A stretch of DNA of 64,000 nt from Octopus vulgaris (lineage: Eukaryota): positions 124,992,001 to 125,056,000 of the forward strand of contig OX597817.1 of assembly GCA_951406725.2 (NCBI GenBank), read 5' to 3'. Shown here piece by piece: positions 38,960 to 52,917 of the stretch (position 1 is its first letter; the number at the start of each line of letters is the position of its first letter). The position numbers and the translations under genes are program-made. The notes under the pieces were generated by a model, which made no database searches, was not told the origin of the DNA, and worked only from the letters and a program-made list of their open reading frames with translations.

Positions 38960-40317
38960 TATATGTAAAATAAATATTTATGTTTTGTCTATATAAAATA
39001 TATGGGTAGATGATGTATTGCTATGGTGAATATCTTAATGAAATGATGTAATTCTGAATGAAAATAAACATGTCAGTTGAGATACGATAGCATAATTGGA
39101 ATGAAGATTTATAACCATGTTAATGGCAGTTCACCTTCAAAAGATGAATTAGTGAGTGTATCTCATTGGCTAATTTAAATGTTTCTGAATTATTTATATC
39201 CTAATGGACACTATTGAATAGTTTAAGAAATAATTTCCTCTCTAGAGTTTGCTTTAAGTTGCAAAACTAATAATTAAAACTATTTGGTTACTTCCTCATT
39301 AATCTCTAGTCTTTGCTTCTTATCATTTTATATTTTTATATTTAATATTTTCTTTGATTCTTTTGTTTGTCTTTCATTTTATATTTTTGACATATTCCAT
39401 TTCAATTCCCTCTTTCTGTCTCTGTCTCAGTTTCTGTCTGTTTGTCTCTCTATCTCTCTTTTTCTCCAAGTTTCTTTATTTTGAATTGTTTTGACTAGGA
39501 AGATGAGGGGGAAAAAATAACTAGAACAAAAATGACCTATATATAAATAATTTATTTTTTTACTTTAAAAATATCGTATTCCAGTCATCTTGTATCAACA
39601 GAATACTTTATACAATTTTAGAATTTTTATCATGTCCTGCAGCTTAAGTTACACGTGCACCGAATGGTGCATATATATCTGCTAGTGTGTCTGCATATGT
39701 CATTGCATATGTATCTACACGTGCATATATATCTGTGACCATCTACATGCATGTATACAGGAGCATTTTCTCATAATATTTGTGTCTTTTGTTTTTGATT
39801 TTAGCTCCTTTTGCCTCCTTATCAGGGTAAAACTATACCACGTAACGATTCAGTTGTTTAATTCCAAAATCAGCCCTGACCAATCAGTCATGTAATCAAA
39901 AGCATTCCTGGCATGGTCTCTTTTTGTGCTGCTTCCCCACCCCCACTGTAGTTTATCTAGAATTACATTCTCCACTGTCTTCTGATGGTAGGACATGATA
40001 TAAAAGAAATCTAACCAGTATTTCTTACAGGTTGAATGAACACATACACTTTCTCCATTGGTTTAATTCAGTTGAATAATTTGATTTGAACTACAGATCC
40101 AGCATACCACATAAATCAGGTTTTAACCAGATTGGCAACCAACTTGTACACTCTAAATACAATGGTTTACAGACAGGGTTCAGAAAAGAAAATTAAGTAT
40201 GTTGCATATCTAATTTCTTTTTGTATGCATCAGAATTGTGTTAGTTGTATTCCAAGATCAAGTTCTGTGAAAGATGATATTGTCCTTTCAGTGTCAATAA
40301 AATTAGTAGCAAATTTG

Positions 40318-40970
40318 GCAAGCTGGCAGAAATGTTAGCAAACCAGTTAGTTAGTTATAGGCATAGGAGTGGCTGTGTGGTAAGCAGCTTGCTTACGAAC
40401 CACACGGTCTGGGTTCAGTCACACTGCGTACCACCTTGGGAAAGTCTCTTCTACTATAGCCTTGGGCTGACCAAAGCCTTGTGAGTGGATTTGGTAGACG
40501 GAAACTGAAAGAAGCCCGTCATATATATGTGTATATATATATATATATATATTTATGTGTGTGTATATGTTTGTGTATTTGTGTTCCCCCCCCCCGACAT
40601 CGCTTGACAACCGATGGTGGTGTGTTTATGTCCCCATAACTTAGTGGTTTGGCAAAACAGATTGATAGAATAAGCTCTAGGCTTACAAAGAATAAGTCCT
40701 GGGGTCGATTTGCTCAACAAAAGGTGGTGCTCCAGCATGGCCACAGTCAAATGACTGAAACAAGTAAAAGAGTAAAAGAGCAAACCAGGCGAAATGCTTA
40801 ATGGTGTTTCATCTGTCTTCACGTTCTGATTTCAAATTCTACCCAGGTTTACTTTGCCTTTCATCCTTTCAGGGTCGATAAACTAAGTACCGGTTGCAAA
40901 CTGGGGTCGATCTAATCGACTGGCCCCTCCCCAAAAATTTCGGGCCATGTGCCTGGAATAGAAAAGAATG
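40318..40970 (+). mobile_element. SINE B interrupted by SINE A (about 40358-40780)
   Basis: AGCAAACCAG duplicated on both sides of the family A copy; the family B body resumes at about 40780. Confidence 0.85.
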
Positions 40971-42104
40971 AAATAAGTAACAGTTGAACACTGGGGTCAG
41001 TGTGATCGACTTTCCCCCTCCCCTCATAATTATTAGCCTTGTACTAAAAATTATGAAGAATGTTATGATGAGGATGAGGAGGATGAGGATAAAGAAAATT
41101 AGGATGAGGATGATGATGACCACAATGATGATGATGACAACCATGATGAATAGGTGTCTGAAATAGATTTGACATATTTCAGTTATTCTATTATTCTGTT
41201 ATATGTTTCAACCCTAAGGCTGTGGCCATGCTGGGGCCCCAAGAGTGAATGAACCAAAAAGTGATTCTTGGAGTAGTGCTATTACAGTGACTTTAGATAC
41301 ATTGAGTTGAATTCCTACCAAAGTCAAATCTATCTTTCATCCTTTCAGGGAAAATATAACAAGTACAAATGCAGGGCAGTAATTTCATGAACGTGTAAGA
41401 ATTTCGAAGCATATGTTTTGCTGTATTTGCTCCAGCTCTTTGCTTTCTGAAATCATGTAATCACCATGACCTACTTGGGTGGTGGATGTAATCCATAGCC
41501 TTGTTTGACACTGACAACAAAGGCATGTTTTGCCTTTTTGCCTTTTTGTTATCATTCAGTCTAGATTTCCATTTGGAAGATAACTTCTTCCTGTCAGCCC
41601 ATCAGAGGAGGAGTTAGAGAATACTGATGATGATGATGATGATGACGACGACGACGATGACGATGTTAATGATGTCTTTTATTTGGTTTTTTGCCTTTTT
41701 TGCCAGCATTCAGTCTAGCTTTCCATTTGGAGGATAACTTCTTGCTTTCTGCCCATCAGTTTCAGAGACCCTGTGAAAGGTCCATGGCTGGTTCCATTCC
41801 TCCCGACAAGAAGATAAAGATAAAAATATGAAAACAAATATTTAATATTTAAGGGGACTTTATTTGCAACATTATTGTATTACCATGTCTACTATATGAA
41901 TTATTTTTGGATGGAGTGGGATGCTTTGTGCCAAGTATCACAGATGATGGCTTGTTTACTGGTGTATTGAAGGGTTGTAATTAAGGGTGGAAAGTATGCT
42001 GGAGCAGGTGTTGTTGATTTTAATGCTGTTTAACTCAAGGTCAGTTCTTATTTAACTGTTCTGTGTCCAGAGGCATTCAAGCCAAAACTGGCTTTTTTTT
42101 TTTG

Positions 42105-42270
42105 GCTTGTGTGGCAGTGTGGTAAGAAACTTGCTTCCCAACCTCATGGTTTTGGATTCAGTCCCATTGTGTGTTGTGTGGCACCTTGGGTAAGTGTTGT
42201 CTACTATAGCCTCAGGTTGACCTAAGACTTGTGAGTGGATTTGGTAGACAGAAACTGAAAGAAGCCTGTC

Positions 42271-42320
<50 letters not shown>

Positions 42321-42602
42321 ATGTATGTATGTATGTATGTATGTATGTATGTATGTACATGTTTATATGTCTGTGTTTGTGCTTATACCCCACTACCACT
42401 TGACAACTGGTGTTGGTGTGTTTACATTCCCGTAACTTAGTGTTTTGCCAAAAGACACCAATAGAATAAGTAGCAGCCTTTTAAAACAAAAAAACTTGGA
42501 GCCGATGTGTTCAACGAAAAAAACGCCTCCAAAGTAGTACCCGAGCATGGACACAGTCAAATGACAGTCAAGCAAGTGAAAGATAATAGGAAAGATAAAA
42601 GA
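42105..42602 (+). mobile_element. SINE family A
   Basis: Complete structure with (TATG)n. Confidence 0.85.
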
Positions 42603-45099
42603 TATCGAAAACTACATCATATAATGTACCCCTTTTCAAAGAGCAGGGTATGATTCGAAGTAGATTTGGATGTTAATTGTAACTGATTCACTAGTGGCGC
42701 AGAAAATTCCAGTTGGTTGATGTGACTGATGATATACTATATATATACACATCTAAATGTTAAGTACCTTCATATGAATGTTTTTCTTTTTATCTTGATA
42801 ATAATTGTATTTCACTTGTATCCAACATCCCCTGTTTGTGTTCATGTGTCATTTGTGATGTTTGTGTACTGCTCAGCTAAACATACTGTTAATAATATGT
42901 TTTCACAGCATTTTTCTAAACTTGTAATAATAGCTATCTATCTTTTGGCATTAGTCCAAGACCTTGACAATTCAACAACCTATCACCCTGCCTATAAAAT
43001 ACTTCTTGAATGTAGTTAGATAAAATTCCCTCATGATAAGTTTAATTTCAGGCATCAATCCTTTTTATCACGAACTCAGTATATATTCTACTTTCGACTT
43101 TGTGAAAATTTGGTGAATTGTGACTATTGACAAAAAAAAATTGTGTTTAAACTGACTACACATCATTATAAAACTTTATAGTAAACAAATTCACCATTGT
43201 GTTACATATAACATAAAAGTAAAGTTAATCCAGTAAATATATTTTTTCATAAACTGTTTGCAAAACACGATAAAACAGCAAATCTGAGAACTGAAAGGTG
43301 AAGGGAATTATTCTATGTGAATGAATTTAAGTGATAGGAAAACAAAAGTTTTTTTTGCTTGTTTTAAGAATTTTTTCTCTATCTTTTTCTTTCCTTTTTT
43401 TTTTTGTTTTATGTTTCAAATTTACTGCATTTTCACAGATTTTGGTAACCAGGAGTATGATCGCATACATGATACAATCATTTCACTTTAGAGGGATCTG
43501 TTTTCATTTTAAATTTGTGCTGCATTGTAATAAAAATTCATTCACATATCCTCATCTCTCCCTTTTCCTCGATTGGCACCCACCATATCGATTTCTTTTA
43601 TTCATCACCTAGTTTTTTTACATCAGTTTAATGATGAGAAAAATGGAAACCATTACATACACTTGAGTGAGTCCTAGGGAAAAAAAATAGCCTGTTGATA
43701 TTATTTTTGTTGTTGAAAAGGAGCTGAATTAAAAATATGAAGTTTATTGTCACATATGTGAGTTACTATGGAAACAAAAGTGCCATATAACTGCTTCTAT
43801 AAATTGATTTGACTGTGTACCAAGCCACAAGCATTATACAAAAATATTCCTTTACCATTTACAGGTTTCATGCATCCCCAAGGTACATAGGATCACTGGT
43901 TATGTTTAATTTCTGAAGCACTTATAAGAAAGCATTCTGCAGAGTAAATAAATATATTTCAACTATTTTATCACTAAGCACTCCCCACCTCTTACAAAAA
44001 GCTATACACGCTATATATTATACTATATACTATATTCAGCCTCATCTGCCAACCTGGGAGCTTTTACTTGGCTGTTCAGCTGACTGAAATTAAAAACCAA
44101 ATTTCCATCAAATCATACACTGCTGTCATTAAAAATATATACACATCACATGTCCAAAAAAGTGAAAGTGACATTACTGCATTACCTCTGGCTATAGGTC
44201 TGTTCAATCAGGGATAACTTGAAGCATAAAGCCAACAGTAATAATAACTATTCCCTAACTACAACACTTAATCACACTCAGTAGAACCATCAGTGATGGG
44301 GCAGAGACAGGTGGTTGCATATAATTTCTTCATATAAAAATTTATGTCCTACAGAGTAATCTGAAGTAAAAAGAAATGAATTCCATTTTCAAGAGTGGTG
44401 CAATTGATACTGCTGGCTTCAGTATGAATGCTATTTCATTAACATCAACAATAAAAAGTTCCAGCTGGTCAATGTTCTTAGATGGCAGGAGAGGGTATAT
44501 TGGATGGCTCAGAGACAAAAGAGGCTATAACAAGCAGTAAGAGCAACAAAGGGAAGAAGATTTAGGTTTGTTGGGTAATGGTGGTTGTGATGGTGGTGAT
44601 GGTTTTAACAGCTAGCTTATTTCAAGTGAGCAGAGGCTGTTGTAATAAGGCTAGAATTGGCAGAGAGAGAAGTCAGTATGTCTGTGAGTAAGCCAGAGGT
44701 CATAGAGTATGTTAGACACTGAATCTGCAACAATCCATGAGATAAACTTCTTGTAGATGTAGTCTATAATGTTTCATGGAGTACTTATTATGAGACAAGA
44801 ACACAAAATCTATTAATCTCTTAATTGATTGGCATATCTTCTTAAACTCAGACACATACTCACATTGCACAGACACATATGCAAAGTTTCAAAAGCATAT
44901 GGACACATATACATACATATAAAGATTTTCAGATACATGTAGACAAGCAGATATACTTATGCAAATGCTCACAGATTTACACTCATAGACTCAGTACTTT
45001 AGAATATTATCAGTTGAAATCATGACAAAATCGTGTATGAAATTAATGAAATACATATGACAATGTAACTATGAAATACACTATTTTAATATACTTCAC

Positions 45100-45540
45100 A
45101 GACAGGTGCCACATGACTGTTTGATAAGAAATTTGCTTCCCAACCCCATATTTTCAGTTCATTCCCAGGGTGTAGCACCTTGTGAAAGTATTTTCTATTA
45201 CAGCCCTGGGCAGACTAAAGCCTTGTGAATGAATTTGGTAGGCAGAAAATTAAAGAACAGCTAGCTGGCAGAAACGTTAGCATGCAGGGCGAAATGCTTA
45301 GCTGTATTTTGTCTGCCGTTACGTTCTGAGTTCAAATTCCACCGAGGTCGAATTTGCCTTCCATCTTTTCGGGGTCGATAAACCAAGTACCAGTTACGCA
45401 CTGGGGTCAATGTAATCGACTTAACCCCTTTGTCTGTCCTGATTTGTCCCCTCTATGTTTAGCCCCTTGTGGGCAATAAAGAAACAAGAAAGTTAAAGTA
45501 CCTATCATGTATATACATATATGTATGTGTATGTGTGTGC

Positions 45541-45574
<34 letters not shown>

Positions 45575-45802
45575 ATGTATGTATGTCTTTGTGTTTGTAT
45601 TTATCCCTAACCATTGCTTCACAACAGGTGTTGGTTTGTTTGTGTTCTCCTAACTTAGTGGTTTTGCAAAGGAAACTTATAGAATACATGTCAGATTTCA
45701 AAAATATAAACTCTGGTGTTGATTCTTTTGACTATGACCTTTCAAGATGGTGCTCCAACATGGCCACACCGAAACGACTGAGACAGGTAAATAGCAAAAG
45801 AT
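45100..45802 (+). mobile_element. Old SINE A with a nested SINE B (about 45260-45486)
   Basis: Family A head and tail split by a family B copy. Confidence 0.8.
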
Positions 45803-46395
45803 AGATATGATATATGCAGGTATTATCATCTTAATGGTGTTTGTTTGGGCATGTACATGTATAAGTGTATATTGTATAAAAGCTACCAGTGAGGAAATCA
45901 GCATCTAAGTTTTGTATTTATATCTAAATTCATTTAAATAAAATGCATTAATGTTCTGTATAAATGTCAAAGTTTGTGTTCTGTCTCACATCCCTCTCTT
46001 TCTTTCTGTCACTTTGCTTCCTTCCAGCCCAAACCAACCAATATGTATATTTAGTTGTCAAGCTGTTTGTCAATACAGCAGTCTGTTTTGCTCAACATGT
46101 ATAAAGATTCATTTAATTGAATGGTGATATGTTTTATTTTTTTTATCTCTCCTTCCTTTTCCTTTCTATCACTATCCATATATGTAGTAGTGCAAATATG
46201 CATGTATACATGTGCGTGTGTATGTGTGTGTGTGATTATACATATATATTTGTATTTATGAATGAGTGTACACACTCACATATATATGTACATATATATA
46301 TACATATACACACACATACATATATATATATGTGTATGTATACAAACATCTATACATATTTGTATGTATGAATGAATGTACAGAGTTACATATAC

Positions 46396-46399
<4 letters not shown>

Positions 46400-46462
<63 letters not shown>

Positions 46463-46512
46463 GAAGAAGGAGGAGGAGGAGTAGAAGAAGAAGAAGAAGA
46501 AGAAGAAGAAGA
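46400..46512. repeat. Compound (TA)n(GA)n(GAA)n microsatellite
   Basis: Read directly. Confidence 0.95.
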
Positions 46513-47424
46513 GCTATGAACCATTTTCGAAAAAGAAAGAAAATTCTATTGGTGACTTCTGTTATTTAGAATCTTTGTTTGCTATTTTCAAAACAAATTT
46601 TTCAAAGCAGCGCTCTGGCCTTGCGTGATCTGCATTGATTACTTGCATGCTGTCACAATAGGTTTGAGCAAAAACTTTTAATAATAATAATAATGATGAT
46701 GGTGATGATGATAACGATGATGATGACGAGGAGGTAGAGAATACCAATGATGATGATGACGGTGATGTTGATGGTGTCTTTTATTTGCCAATAAAATCAT
46801 TTTTTTTTTTTCCCCCAACATAGATTTTGTCTAAATGTAAATAATTGCTTGCCAACATATGACAGAGAGTTATTATAAGAAATTGTCAATGCAAATGTCC
46901 TCTGAATGTTGTTTTGTTGGTGGGGAGGAGGGGAAATAAAAAAAAAAAAAATATACATATATTTTTTTTTAAATGTAATCTTACACCTGGCAGGAGTCTA
47001 ATGCTGTTTAATATTCCAGAAAACTATAAATGTTATACGTAATTATGACAAAATATGATATCTTTCATCTGAGATAATGACAGTTTATTGGTAAAATCAT
47101 AACTTTGGTGGTAAGTGAAAAATAATGTTGCCAAGTCTTGGGAGCATAGTATCTGTTTATGAATCTGTCTTCAGGGTAAACTTGAGTTATTTTCATATAT
47201 TTGTGTGTGTGTATGCGTGGGGGCTACTATATTCTTTCGGTCAAATATTGTGCAGCAAAATAATCATTGGTCATTTCTTTAGCTTTTCTCTCTCCAGTAG
47301 TAGAATGTGAGTTATCATCATGAGTTAGTCTTTAACATGGAGAATATGTATCTTACACTAAACTTTTCCAATGCAATTAAACTTTGTAGCTTCATTGTTG
47401 GGATTTAAAAGAGTGACTAGTGGA

Positions 47425-47841
47425 ACTCTTTTACTCTTTTACTTGTTTCAGTCATTTTGACTGTGGCCATGCTGGAGCACCAACTTTAGTCGAGCAAATC
47501 GACCCCAGGACTTATTCTTTGTAAGCCTAGTACTTAATCTATTGGTCTCCTTTTGCCGAACTGCTAAGTTATGGGGACGTAAACACATCGCCATCGGTTG
47601 TCAAATGATGTTGTGGGGACAAACACAGACACAAACATATACACACATACATATATATATGTATATACACATATATACGACGGGCTTCTTTCAGTTACCA
47701 TCTACCAAATCCACTCGCAAGGCTTTGGTCGGCCTGAGGCTATAGTAGAAGACACTTGCTCAAGGTACCATGCAGTGGGACAGAACCTGGAACCATGTGA
47801 ATGGTAAGCAAGCTACTTACCACACAGCCACTCCTACGCCT
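47425..47841 (-). mobile_element. SINE family A
   Basis: Complete structure. Confidence 0.92.
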
Positions 47842-48793
47842 ATATTTAGTATTTTCAATGCATATACATTGGAAGCTATACCAAAAATATGGAATGGCAG
47901 CAGAAAAAAAGATAGCATAGATGTATCCCAGAAAAGGCCTCAGTTAATTAGAAAGCAACCATACTCTATATAGACAGAAAGATCAAGACTGATTGACCAG
48001 ATTCATTACTTTTAGCATGTGTTATGATGTAAAAATCTACACTTTTGAAAGTTGTGATCTATCATCATTCAATGATAATCCAATCAGATGTGATATGAGT
48101 TTATGATGGAGAGGAACAAATGGCAAAATAGACTGACTATTGCTGAGCACACAACAGTTCTTACATTGTGGGTTATAGCTTATGTAAACACAACTGGAAA
48201 AGCTGGAGTATGTGTTATGGAAGGTTGCTTCATGTGATTGCAATCTTAAGGATTTAAGCAAATTGGTTCTGTGTCAAGAATGTGAATATCATTAAATACA
48301 CATGTGTACACACAAACACAAACACTCACATGTGCACACACATACGAATGCAATCATGGCTGAGTGGAATTTGCATCTTAACCATAAGCTTCCAGACCCA
48401 GTCCCATCACTTGGCATCTTTGGCTGGTGTTAGGAAGGTCATAGAAGCTATCGCAGCCCATGTGAAAACTGAGAAATCTGACCAGTTTTCTGATCCATCT
48501 ACAAGAGATGTTACTGTAATAAAACTGACCCAGATCTTGTTGAAGGATCCAATACATACCAACGTAGAATACAATAACTATATTAGTAATAATAATAATA
48601 TTAATAATAATTACTTAAAATTTTGGCACAAAGCCAGGACTTTTAAAGGGAGTGATCAAGTTGATTACATTTATACCAATACTTTGATTTACCCCAAAGG
48701 AATGAAATGCAAAGTTGACCTCGGAATTTGAAAATAGCATAACAAGCCAGAAGAAATGCTGCTAAGCATTTTGTCTAATGTGCTAATGCTGCC

Positions 48794-48839
<46 letters not shown>

Positions 48840-49252
48840 TATAATAAAATAATAGTAATAATAATGATGAGGGTAAGGATGATGATACTGCCTCTGGCTG
48901 CCCAATCTTGACTAAAAAGGAATATATCCACAGATATGATAGAGTTGGGACCTATATACACTGGGAGCTATGCTAACAATATGGAATGACAACAGAAAAA
49001 AGATGGCATAAACAAATCTCAGAAAATGCCTCATCTGTTTACACAAGTATCTATACTCTGTAGAGATAGAAAGATCAAGGCTAATGGACTAGATATAGTT
49101 GTCAGAGACATTCAAGAAAAAATTATTGTCTTCTAATTGACATATCAATTCCAACAGGTGGCAAGGTATCTCTAAAAGAAATCGAGTAACTCTCGATGAC
49201 CTAAATGTGGAATCTGAAAACAGAAACAATCCCTATAATATTAAGTGCATTA

Positions 49253-49513
49253 AATAAAAATAAATGCACCCTTTTTAAAGCCTAGCCCGGCTCATGGGCC
49301 CAGTTTCCTGGTTTCTGTGAAGTATTTGTTCCCCAGCTGGATGGGACGCCAGTCCATCGCAGTGTTACTCATTTTTGCCAGCTGAGTGGACTGGAGCAAT
49401 GTGAAATGAAGTGTTTTGCTCAAGAACACAACGCGTCACCCAGTCCAGTGATTGAAACAACAATCTTACGATCATGATGCTGACACCCTAAACACTAAGC
49501 CATGTGCATCCAC
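49253..49513 (-). mobile_element. SINE family C variant with 11-bp TSD
   Basis: TAAGTGCATTA at 49242-49252 and 49516-49526. Confidence 0.88.
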
Positions 49514-49742
49514 AATAAGTGCATTAGGTATGATTAAAAAACATATGGCCAAATATACAACCAGGACATATGAATAAATACGAACATACAGAAAATAGCA
49601 CTGCTAGGTACCACACATATCTTACATAAAACAATTTCAATAACAATACCAAAGCAGTTCTATATTCAAGAGATGAGGAATTATGTACATTATTTATACT
49701 ATTTATATTTGACAGATATTTGTCCACATCTTGTTTGTTGTT

Positions 49743-49788
49743 AACACAGCATTTCAGCTGATATACCCTCCAGCCTTCATCAGGTGTC
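49743..49788 (-). ncRNA. Minimal type I hammerhead motif (inverted-arm copy)
   Basis: GACAC-CTGATGA-A-GGCTG-loop-CAGCT-GAAAT-GCT-GTGTT. Confidence 0.72.
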
Positions 49789-49830
49789 TTGGGGAAATTT
49801 CGAACCTGAGTTCTCATTCCTAAGGTATTT

Positions 49831-49907
49831 GTGGGGGCATGTGGCATAGTGGTTAAGAGCATAGGCTACTAACCCCAAGATTCAGAGTTCAATTCCAGGC
49901 AGTGACC
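49831..49907 (+). promoter_or_regulatory. tRNA-derived Pol III internal promoter (SINE head)
   Basis: A box TGGCATAGTGG 49842-49852; B box GAGTTCAATTCC about 49885-49896; anticodon-loop-like CTACTAA; acceptor stem does not pair. Confidence 0.75.
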
Positions 49908-49913
49908 AGAAGG

Positions 49914-49969
<56 letters not shown>

Positions 49970-50047
49970 CATAATAAGAATAAGAATAAGAATAATAACA
50001 TCGAAAAATACCTTAGGAATTAGAACCTAGGTTCGAAATTTCCCCAA

Positions 50048-50093
50048 GATACCTAATGAAGGCCGAAGTGTATATCAGCTGAAACATTGTGTT
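50048..50093 (+). ncRNA. Minimal type I hammerhead motif (sense copy)
   Basis: GATAC-CTAATGA-A-GGCCG-loop-CAGCT-GAAAC-ATT-GTGTT; consensus of the two copies restores CTGATGA...GAAACGTT. Confidence 0.7.
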
Positions 50094-52100
50094 AACAATT
50101 AAAAAGATGAGGACAAATATCCATCAAATGTAAATAATATAAATAATACCAAAGCAAACATACCCATGGCACATGTACTCATTAGGGCAGTGAAAGCGTT
50201 TGATAAAAATAACACTACTGAATAATAATGTTGATGATGATGATGATAACAACGACGACGACGACAAAGAAGATGATGATGATGATGATGATGATGATGA
50301 CAACAATATAAATGATGCTGTATGATCCATAACTGGGGCTTTTTACAGGTGCTACTACCACATGTTAGAGCAAGCCTAGAAGTAATGATGACTAAGGGAT
50401 CTCAGCATATTTCCCAATGCTCCGGAAACTCAAGAGTTGAACCCTTACCAATGGATGCAAAATAAAATCTTAGCCAAGAAAATACAATATCAGATGAAAT
50501 TTCAAGGTGACGACACAGTTATAACTCTGCTAAAACTCTAATTCTAATGTTGATTTTCATTTTGAGAATTAGAAAATACTTCAATTCTGAGCATTTTCTG
50601 ACACATAAATCCCAAATATGAGATTACTATTCGCATATTTGTAATAGTGTAGTTGCTTATACATGTAATATTTTCAATGACATTAGAAAAAATCTTTGTC
50701 ATTTGATAATTAAGCAAACTTTCACTTACCAACAAGATACAACCCCTTTTCTTTTCTTCTACTTGTGCAACAGTCCCTACTCCTACTTCTGTATAGCAGT
50801 ATTTAGTGTACCACATCACATATACCTACTAAATATATCTATTTGTCCTCCTCACACAATTGCTTCTGTTTATTCCACACGCCATTCAAAATACGTTTTT
50901 CAGTTCTTACTCCCACAGAACAGAATTTCTTGATCTTTAACTCGCTCACACACACACACACATATAGAAAATACACAAACATGGATATACAAGCACGTGA
51001 ATATGCAGGATATATACATACAGATGCCCACACATACATATATATATACATATGCATACACATACATACATATATACATATGCATACACATACATGTATA
51101 CATACATACACATGCATACATACATACATACACATGCATACATACATACATACATACATACATGCATGCATGCATAGGCACACACACACACACACACTGA
51201 CCCACACACATGCGCACAAACAAGCAAAAAGGAACACAGTGTAAGTAATGGACAGAGTCAAGACTATTGAAAAGGTTGCAAGGCACACCCAAAATTTTAG
51301 GAAAATAAAAATAAGAAATAAGTGGAAATTTCACCAGTGAGTGTGTTACATTATAAGGCACAAAAAGAAAATGACTCTCACCAGACACAACAGAATATGG
51401 TTCAACACACAAACTCATATAAAAAATCTTGCAAACCAAATCCAAAAGCAAAATATTAATCATTAACATTTTCTCAAAAAATTTGTTGTATAAAATTACA
51501 TTCTGAAAGCGATTGCATTGGGAGACTAGCACTATAATGTCGTTAGAAATAGCAATCAAATCTCACCCAAATCATGTCCTAGTGTTTCAAAAAGTAGCCT
51601 GACTACATCAGATATGTGCATGAAAAATTTAAGCAGATGATGTCTAGAAAACTTTTGCACAATCAGGGGTGAATTGGGGCTAAGAACCAACACTAGCAAC
51701 AACGTGTAAGATTCGTCTGAGATGGCCATGCAAAAATATGGATATTTCTCTTTTATAAAAGAATTTTTATACTAAATACAAAGTACAAAGCCTGTAATTG
51801 ACTGGTTTATCTTTTTATTGACCCTGGACAGCTGAATAGGAAAGTCAATAAGAGTAAGGTGTGATCTATACTAAATAAGCTAAATAAAGCAAACTATTTA
51901 GTTTGGCAATCTACCAATAACATCGATCTACTGTTTTTTGAGTCAATGAAGGAGTTTATGAGTGCTCATGCAACTTACTAGAAATAGCAGCTAAATATTA
52001 TCAATTTACTCTACACCACCTTTGATAACTGATTAGCCAAGTAACCTGGGCTAATCAATATCAAAGTTGAATAATATCAATAATAATAATAATCATAATC

Positions 52101-52144
<44 letters not shown>

Positions 52145-52145
<1 letters not shown>

Positions 52146-52845
52146 GAAACTATAGAAACTCAGGGTGTAGAGTCATAGCACCTGTAGAATATAAAGCAAG
52201 ACATGTCAGAGTCGGCCAGTTTTTACACTGGACAATATGTCGGCATTATAAAATCAAAAGTGCTGACAAATGGTATAAACACCATCCTGAAGCTGTGACT
52301 GGGGGAGAAAATGTGTCGATTCTCTGAGACTTCCCCGTACATACCGACAAAACTATTAAAGCTAATTAACCGGATGTTATTATAAAAGATCAGACAAAAA
52401 AGATGTGTTTATTAATAGACATGAGTATTCCTTGCGATCACAATATAGCGTTGAAAGAATTAGACAAGATCAGTAAATATAAAGACTTGCTAATAAAAAT
52501 TGTAAAAACATGGCATCTCAAGGTGACTACCAGTGATTGTAGGATCTCTAGGAATGATAAAAAAAGGTACTGAAACCTATTTGAAAATGATACCAAGCTT
52601 ACCATCCCTGCAGGAATTGCAAAGAATCATGTTTACTGGAATGGCTCATGTACAGAGAAGAGCATTATCACTGTGAAAACAACATCCATTCAGGAATTTA
52701 TTTATTTATTAATTTTTTTTTAAATACATATTTTACATGTGAATTTGCATGTGTAATCTGGGAATGCATACAATGAGCTTCTCTGCCCTAGGTGTACAGA
52801 AAACACTCGGTGAGAAATGGAAGAAAATTTGAAGAAAGAAGGAAA
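52145..52845 (+). mobile_element. 5'-truncated R4/Dong-type element inside (AAT)n
   Basis: SGCRVIAPVEYKARHVRVGQFLHWTIC...IL*DFPVHTDKTIKAN*PDVII...LLIDMSIP...KISKYKDL...PVIVGSLG; (AAT)n at 52070-52144 and 52846-52917. Confidence 0.9.

Positions 52846-52917
<72 letters not shown>

Larger units (their letters stand above)
49657..50144 (+). mobile_element. tRNA-headed, HHR-tailed element with an inverted 5' arm
   Basis: TSD AATACCAAAGCA at 49645-49656 and 50145-50156; inverted arm 49657-49830; tRNA head 49831-49907; (AAT)n; tail 49999-50144. Confidence 0.85.
48890..50220 (+). mobile_element. 5'-truncated R4/Dong-type element (restriction-like endonuclease domain plus 3' UTR) with two nested insertions
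   Basis: SGCPILTKKEYIHRYDRVGTYIHWELC, DRKIKANGLDIVV, IDISIP, ALGMIKK, IQKIALLGTTHIL; (AAT)n at both flanks. Confidence 0.8.

Noticed and set aside
49831-49907. Possible tRNA gene
   Set aside because: Acceptor stem does not pair and it sits inside a TSD-flanked element, so it is a SINE head.
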